Positions 59,987-64,000 of a stretch of 64,000 nt of DNA are shown piece by piece. The notes beneath the pieces are model-generated. The model did not search any database and had not been told where the DNA came from. It was given only the letters and a program-made list of their open reading frames with translations. Both the position numbers and the translations under genes were made by a program. This DNA comes from Kiritimatiellia bacterium. Lineage in GTDB: Bacteria > Verrucomicrobiota > Kiritimatiellia > RFP12 > UBA1067. The stretch's first letter is position 1; every line of letters starts with the position of its first letter. The stretch is from contig JAZQOS010000005.1 of the NCBI GenBank assembly GCA_045627925.1, forward strand, positions 2,900-66,899, in the 5' to 3' direction.

Positions 59987-62730
59987 CCGATATTACGATC
60001 AAGAACGCCCGAGTGCACAACCTCAAGGGCGTCGACGTAACGATTCCCCGCAATTCGCTTACGGTGATTACGGGGCTTTCGGGTAGCGGCAAGTCATCGC
60101 TCGCCTTCGACACGCTCTACGCCGAGGGCCAGCGTCGCTACGTGGAGTCGCTTTCGGCCTACGCGCGGCAATTTCTCGATCGTCTCGCCAAGCCGGACGT
60201 CGAACGCATCGAAGGGCTTTCGCCGGCGATTTCCATCGAACAGCACACGACGAGCGGCAACCCGCGTTCGATTGTGGCGACGGTTACCGAAATTCACGAC
60301 TATCTGCGCGTTCTCTACGGCTCGGTCGCGACGGCGCATTGTCCGAAGTGCGGTCGCGCGGTAGTGCGCCAATCGGCGGAGGAAATCGTCGACGCGCTCG
60401 TTAAAAAGCCCGGTAAACTCGTTCTCTACGCGCCGGTGGTGAAGGGCAAGAAGGGTCGCCACGAAGAGGTTTTCGCGACCTTGAAGCGCAACGGTTTCGC
60501 GCGCGTAAGGGTCGACGGCGAGACGTATCTCGTCGAAGAGGCGCCAGAGTTGGACAAGAAGCGCGCCCACAATATCGACGTCGTGGTCGATCGCCTGGTC
60601 GTGCCGTGTGAGCGGACGCGGCTCGTCGATTCGGTGGAGACGGCGCTCAAGGCGGGCTCGGGTACGCTCTACGCGAACGACGAGGTTTTTTCCGAGCTTA
60701 ACGCCTGCCCGCATTGCGGAATCTCCTTCGGCGAACTGAAGCCGCGTTCCTTCTCGTTCAATTCGCCGTTTGGCGCGTGCGAGAAGTGCGGCGGGCTCGG
60801 CCAGCTCTATTATTTCGACGAGGAGCTGATCGTTCCCGACAAGACGCTTCCCTTGCGCGAGTGCATTCATCCTTGGCGACGAGCGGGGCACAACGCGATC
60901 ATGTACTATAACGCGCTTTTGGAGCAGATCGCCCGTCAGTACAAGGTTCGGCTTTCGACGCCCTACGAGAAGCTGCCCTCGGCGTTCCGCCACAATCTCA
61001 TGCATGGCTTTAAGGACGATCTCGTCTTGCCGTGGCGTAGCGTGGATCGACCTTTCGAGGGCGTAATCGCGACGCTTGAAAAGCGGCTTGCGGAAGCGGA
61101 GGACGACGAGACGCGCGAGAAGTGGGGCGCGTATCGGAGTTATCGCACTTGTCCCGAGTGCAAGGGCGCGCGGCTTCGTCCCGAGGCGCGTTCGGCGACG
61201 GTCGGCGGCAAGACCATCGTCGAGGTGATGGCGATGCCGGTAACCGAGGCGCTCGCGTTCTTCAGGCCGCTCGCCTTTCGCGGAATGAAGGACATCCTCG
61301 GCGAAATCGTCCGGCGACTCGAATTTCTCGTTGACGTGGGGCTCGATTATCTTACGCTCGATCGCGCGAGCGCGACGCTTTCCGGCGGCGAGATGCAACG
61401 GATTCGCCTCGAGACGCAGATCGGCTCGGGGCTTACGGGCGTTCTCTACGTTCTCGACGAGCCGACGATTGGACTGCATCCGCGCGACAACGAACGGCTA
61501 ATCGCGACTTTGAAGGATTTGCGCGATCGCGGCAATACGGTCGTCATCGTCGAACATGACGCGGAGATGATGCGCGCGGCGGATTGGATCGTCGATTTGG
61601 GGCCGGGCGCAGGTCGCGAAGGCGGCGAGGTCGTCTACCAAGGCGACTACCAGGGGCTATTAAGGGCGAAGTCGCTGACGGCGGATTACCTTTCGGGTCG
61701 GAAGCGTGTGGTCGCGGAGAGCACCTCGAAGAATCAGACCTCGCCGAAGAAGTTCCTCGTTCTTTCCGGCGCGGCTGAGCATAATCTCAAGAATCTTACC
61801 GTCCATATCCCGGTCGGGTCGTTCACCGTCGTAACCGGCGTTTCCGGCTCGGGCAAGTCGACGCTCGTCGACGAAACTCTAAAGCGCGCGCTCAAGCGCG
61901 AACTTTACTGCGCGAAGGAAACGCCCGGCAAATACCGCAAGCTTTCTGGCGTCGACGCCTTCGACAAGGTAATCGAGATCGACCAGTCGCCGATCGGGCG
62001 CACGCCGCGCTCGAACCCCGCGACCTACGTCGGATTCTTCTCGGAGATTCGCGAACTCTTCGCGGCGACCGAGTCGGCGAAAGCGCGCGGCTACACCGCG
62101 GGCCGCTTCTCGTTCATCGTGAAGGGCGGACGGTGCGAAGTGTGCGGCGGCGATGGCGTTCAGAAACTCGAAATGAGCTTTTTGCCCGACGTGTACGTTC
62201 CTTGCGAACAGTGCGGCGGCAAGCGCTTCAATTCGGAGACGCTGGAGGTAACCTACGGCGGCAAGAACATCTCCGAGGTGCTGGCGATGACGGTGAGCGA
62301 GGCGTACGAGTTTTTCGCCAAAGTGCCGTCGCTCGCGCGCAAGCTGAAAACGCTCGTCGACGTCGGGCTCGGTTACATTCAGCTCGGCCAATCCGCGACC
62401 ACGCTCTCCGGCGGCGAGGCCCAGCGCATCAAACTCGCGACCGAGCTTTCGCGCCGCGCGACCGGGCGGACGCTGTATCTGCTCGACGAGCCGACGACGG
62501 GGCTGCACTTCGACGACGTCGCGAAGTTGATGAAGCTTCTTTTGAAGTTGCGCGATCAGGGCAACACCATAGTCGTAATCGAGCACAATCTCGACGTTAT
62601 CAAGAGCGCGGATTGGATAATCGACTTGGGGCCGGGCGGCGGCGAGAAGGGCGGCGAGCTCGTAGTTGAGGGAACGATAGATAAAATCCGCGCCTGTTCG
62701 CGCTCGATAACCGGTAGATTTTTGGTATAA
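59983..62730 (+). CDS. uvrA: excinuclease ABC subunit A
   Basis: The GTG at 59983 overlaps the rho stop (GTGA). [51 protein letters not shown]. Zinc-finger CxxC pairs. Second ATPase module [25 protein letters not shown]. Confidence 0.95.
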   Translation: MTDITIKNARVHNLKGVDVTIPRNSLTVITGLSGSGKSSLAFDTLYAEGQRRYVESLSAYARQFLDRLAKPDVERIEGLSPAISIEQHTTSGNPRSIVATVTEIHDYLRVLYGSVATAHCPKCGRAVVRQSAEEIVDALVKKPGKLVLYAPVVKGKKGRHEEVFATLKRNGFARVRVDGETYLVEEAPELDKKRAHNIDVVVDRLVVPCERTRLVDSVETALKAGSGTLYANDEVFSELNACPHCGISFGELKPRSFSFNSPFGACEKCGGLGQLYYFDEELIVPDKTLPLRECIHPWRRAGHNAIMYYNALLEQIARQYKVRLSTPYEKLPSAFRHNLMHGFKDDLVLPWRSVDRPFEGVIATLEKRLAEAEDDETREKWGAYRSYRTCPECKGARLRPEARSATVGGKTIVEVMAMPVTEALAFFRPLAFRGMKDILGEIVRRLEFLVDVGLDYLTLDRASATLSGGEMQRIRLETQIGSGLTGVLYVLDEPTIGLHPRDNERLIATLKDLRDRGNTVVIVEHDAEMMRAADWIVDLGPGAGREGGEVVYQGDYQGLLRAKSLTADYLSGRKRVVAESTSKNQTSPKKFLVLSGAAEHNLKNLTVHIPVGSFTVVTGVSGSGKSTLVDETLKRALKRELYCAKETPGKYRKLSGVDAFDKVIEIDQSPIGRTPRSNPATYVGFFSEIRELFAATESAKARGYTAGRFSFIVKGGRCEVCGGDGVQKLEMSFLPDVYVPCEQCGGKRFNSETLEVTYGGKNISEVLAMTVSEAYEFFAKVPSLARKLKTLVDVGLGYIQLGQSATTLSGGEAQRIKLATELSRRATGRTLYLLDEPTTGLHFDDVAKLMKLLLKLRDQGNTIVVIEHNLDVIKSADWIIDLGPGGGEKGGELVVEGTIDKIRACSRSITGRFLV

Positions 62731-62731
62731 T
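62723..62731 (+). promoter_or_regulatory. candidate extended -10 element (TGgTATAAT) ahead of recA
   Basis: TG at 62723-62724 and TATAAT at 62726-62731, overlapping the uvrA stop. Weak -35 TCGATA at 62704-62709. SD GGGGGA lies before the ATG at 62764. Confidence 0.4.
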
Positions 62732-62763
62732 AGAGCCAACATCAACTTTAGGGGGAAACGATT

Positions 62764-63777
62764 ATGGCGAAGACCACGAAAACTGTTGCGACTAAGGCTA
62801 CTGAGAGTGCGCTCGAAGCGGTGATGTCGACGATCCGCAAGGAATTCGGCGAGATGGCGATTATGCGGATGGGCGACCAGGAACTCAAGGACATTCCGGT
62901 GATTTCGACGGGCGCGCTTTCGCTCGACCTCGCGCTCGGCGTGGGCGGGCTTCCGCGCGGTCGAATCGTCGAGTGCTACGGCCACGAGTCGTCGGGCAAG
63001 ACGACGCTCGCGCTGCACGTCGTCGCCAATGCCCAGAAAGCGGGCGGCATCGCCGCCTTCATCGACGCGGAACACGCGCTCGACCCGGCGTACGCGAAGA
63101 AGATCGGCGTTAATCTCGACGACCTCATCATTTCCCAACCCAACAGCGGCGAAGAGGCGCTGACGATTTGCGAGCAGCTCGTGAAGTCGGGTGCGCTCGA
63201 CGTCGTTGTCGTGGACTCGGTCGCGGCGCTTACGCCCCAAGCCGAAATCGACGGCGATATGGGAGATTCCCACATGGGTCTTCAGGCGCGGCTCATGTCG
63301 CAGGCGATGCGCAAGCTGACCGCAACCATCGCCCAGACGAAGACGCTCCTTATCTTCACCAACCAGGTGCGCGAAAAGATCGGCATTATGTTCGGCAACC
63401 CCGAGACGACTCCCGGCGGCAAGGCGCTTAAGTTCTACGCCTCGGTGCGCCTGCAGGTAACCCGGATTGCGACGATCAAGAACACCGCCCAGACCGTAAT
63501 CGGCAACCGCACGCGCGTCAAGGTCGTGAAGAACAAGGTCGCGCCGCCCTTTACCGAAGCGGAGTTCGACATTCTCTACGCCTGCGGCATTTCCTATGAG
63601 GGGTCGGTGCTGGACGCGGCGCTCGCCCATAACGTCGTCGAAAAGCGCGGCAGCTGGATTTCGTTCGAGGATCAGCAACTCGGCCAGGGCGCGCAGGCGA
63701 CGGCGGAGTTCCTTAAGGAACATCCCGACGTGACCGCGCGGATCGTCGAGAAGATCAAGGAAGCGGCGAAGAAGTAA
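62764..63777 (+). CDS. recA: recombinase RecA
   Basis: [18 protein letters not shown] (Walker A), [76 protein letters not shown]. Confidence 0.97.
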   Translation: MAKTTKTVATKATESALEAVMSTIRKEFGEMAIMRMGDQELKDIPVISTGALSLDLALGVGGLPRGRIVECYGHESSGKTTLALHVVANAQKAGGIAAFIDAEHALDPAYAKKIGVNLDDLIISQPNSGEEALTICEQLVKSGALDVVVVDSVAALTPQAEIDGDMGDSHMGLQARLMSQAMRKLTATIAQTKTLLIFTNQVREKIGIMFGNPETTPGGKALKFYASVRLQVTRIATIKNTAQTVIGNRTRVKVVKNKVAPPFTEAEFDILYACGISYEGSVLDAALAHNVVEKRGSWISFEDQQLGQGAQATAEFLKEHPDVTARIVEKIKEAAKK

Positions 63778-63781
63778 GCGG

Positions 63782-64000
63782 ATGCGCGAGAAGCTCGCGA
63801 GTCGGCTCGGATTCATCCTGCTTTCGGCGGGATGCGCCATTGGGCTCGGCAATGTCTGGCGCTTCCCCTACATTACCGGAGAGTGCGGCGGCGGGTGCTT
63901 TTTGCTCGTCTACTTCGGCTGCCTTGCGCTTTTGGGAGTGCCGGTGATGGCGATGGAGTTCGCGATCGGGCGCGGCGCGGGTCGTTCGCTCGCGCGGACT
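63782..64000 (+). CDS. sodium-dependent transporter (neurotransmitter:sodium symporter / SNF family), N-terminal fragment
   Basis: My own translation from the ATG at 63782: MREKLASRLGFILLSAGCAIGLGNVWRFPYITGECGGG... contains the SNF hallmark GLGNVWRFPY. It is open to the end of the window. Confidence 0.8.
   Translation, partial: MREKLASRLGFILLSAGCAIGLGNVWRFPYITGECGGGCFLLVYFGCLALLGVPVMAMEFAIGRGAGRSLART

Noticed and set aside
62731-62763. Possible SOS (LexA) box between uvrA and recA
   Set aside because: There is no CTGT-N8-ACAG or GAAC-N4-GTTC-type palindrome in the 33-nt gap or the end of uvrA. The LexA motif for this lineage is unknown to me, so I make no call.
50251-63852. Other long minus-strand ORFs (50251..52461, 53699..55387, 54891..56825, 60094..61479, 61879..63852)
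   Set aside because: They lie antisense to unmistakable pilM/N, secretin, uvrA and recA coding sequence. Their composition is low-complexity and Arg-rich. They have no independent start context.
1-64000. Search for mobile elements, prophage, tRNA/rRNA genes or an island boundary around the giant-gene block
   Set aside because: I saw no transposase, integrase or recombinase motifs, no flanking direct repeats and no tRNA-like sequences in the few intergenic gaps. Housekeeping genes abut the block with single-digit to ~20-nt gaps, so I cannot support a mobile or horizontally acquired island call from the sequence alone.

Overview
High-GC (about 60%) bacterial chromosomal segment. Every credible gene (about 45) is on the + strand. 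I found no rRNA, tRNA, CRISPR array, transposase or integrase. The gene content points to a PVC-superphylum organism (Kiritimatiellota / Lentisphaerota / Verrucomicrobiota-like): a sulfatase, many prepilin-leader proteins, an Akkermansia Amuc_1098-1102-type pilus cluster, and giant exoproteins with DxDxDG repeats. Layout: (1) 1-4911, a sialoglycan/mucin-type module with a sulfatase fragment, N-acetylneuraminate lyase, a C39-like cysteine peptidase, a DUF1570-like HExxH protein, and an AGE-family epimerase carrying an unusual ~80-aa insertion. (2) 4913-7863, tightly overlapping housekeeping genes: orphan HATPase, NUDIX, rsmI, ruvC, radical SAM. (3) 7907-16348, an operon of nine translationally coupled prepilin-leader (pseudopilin) genes, including a GspG-like gene and a 966-aa GspK-like gene. 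(4) 16349-47208, an exoprotein island. It starts with a strongly punctuated monocistronic Cys-rich secreted protein (promoter, ~200-nt leader, terminator). It continues with a parvulin/SurA-like lipoprotein, a 1359-aa protein with three CxxC thioredoxin-like motifs, two acidic membrane-anchored proteins, an 896-aa LamG-like protein with an internal duplication, and a 2770-aa protein with a glycine-rich domain and a lamin-tail-like domain. It ends with a small coiled-coil lipoprotein and a 3948-aa giant with DxDxDG (thrombospondin type-3-like) arrays and a LamG domain. (5) 47218-50377, ackA-pta-kdsD. (6) 50395-58025, a type IV pilus-like operon: secreted protein, PilM-PilN fusion, Amuc_1100-like protein, zinc-ribbon/TSP3 protein, and a 1076-aa secretin. 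(7) 58032-64000, coaE, rho, uvrA, recA and the start of an SNF-family transporter. The main hunt result is that blocks 3, 4 and 6 look like one roughly 50-kb co-directional super-locus. It combines a pseudopilus, giant cargo or fibre proteins with folding helpers, and an inner-membrane platform plus secretin. It has no ATPase, polytopic platform protein or prepilin peptidase in the window. All functional calls come from motif recognition by eye; no database search was run.
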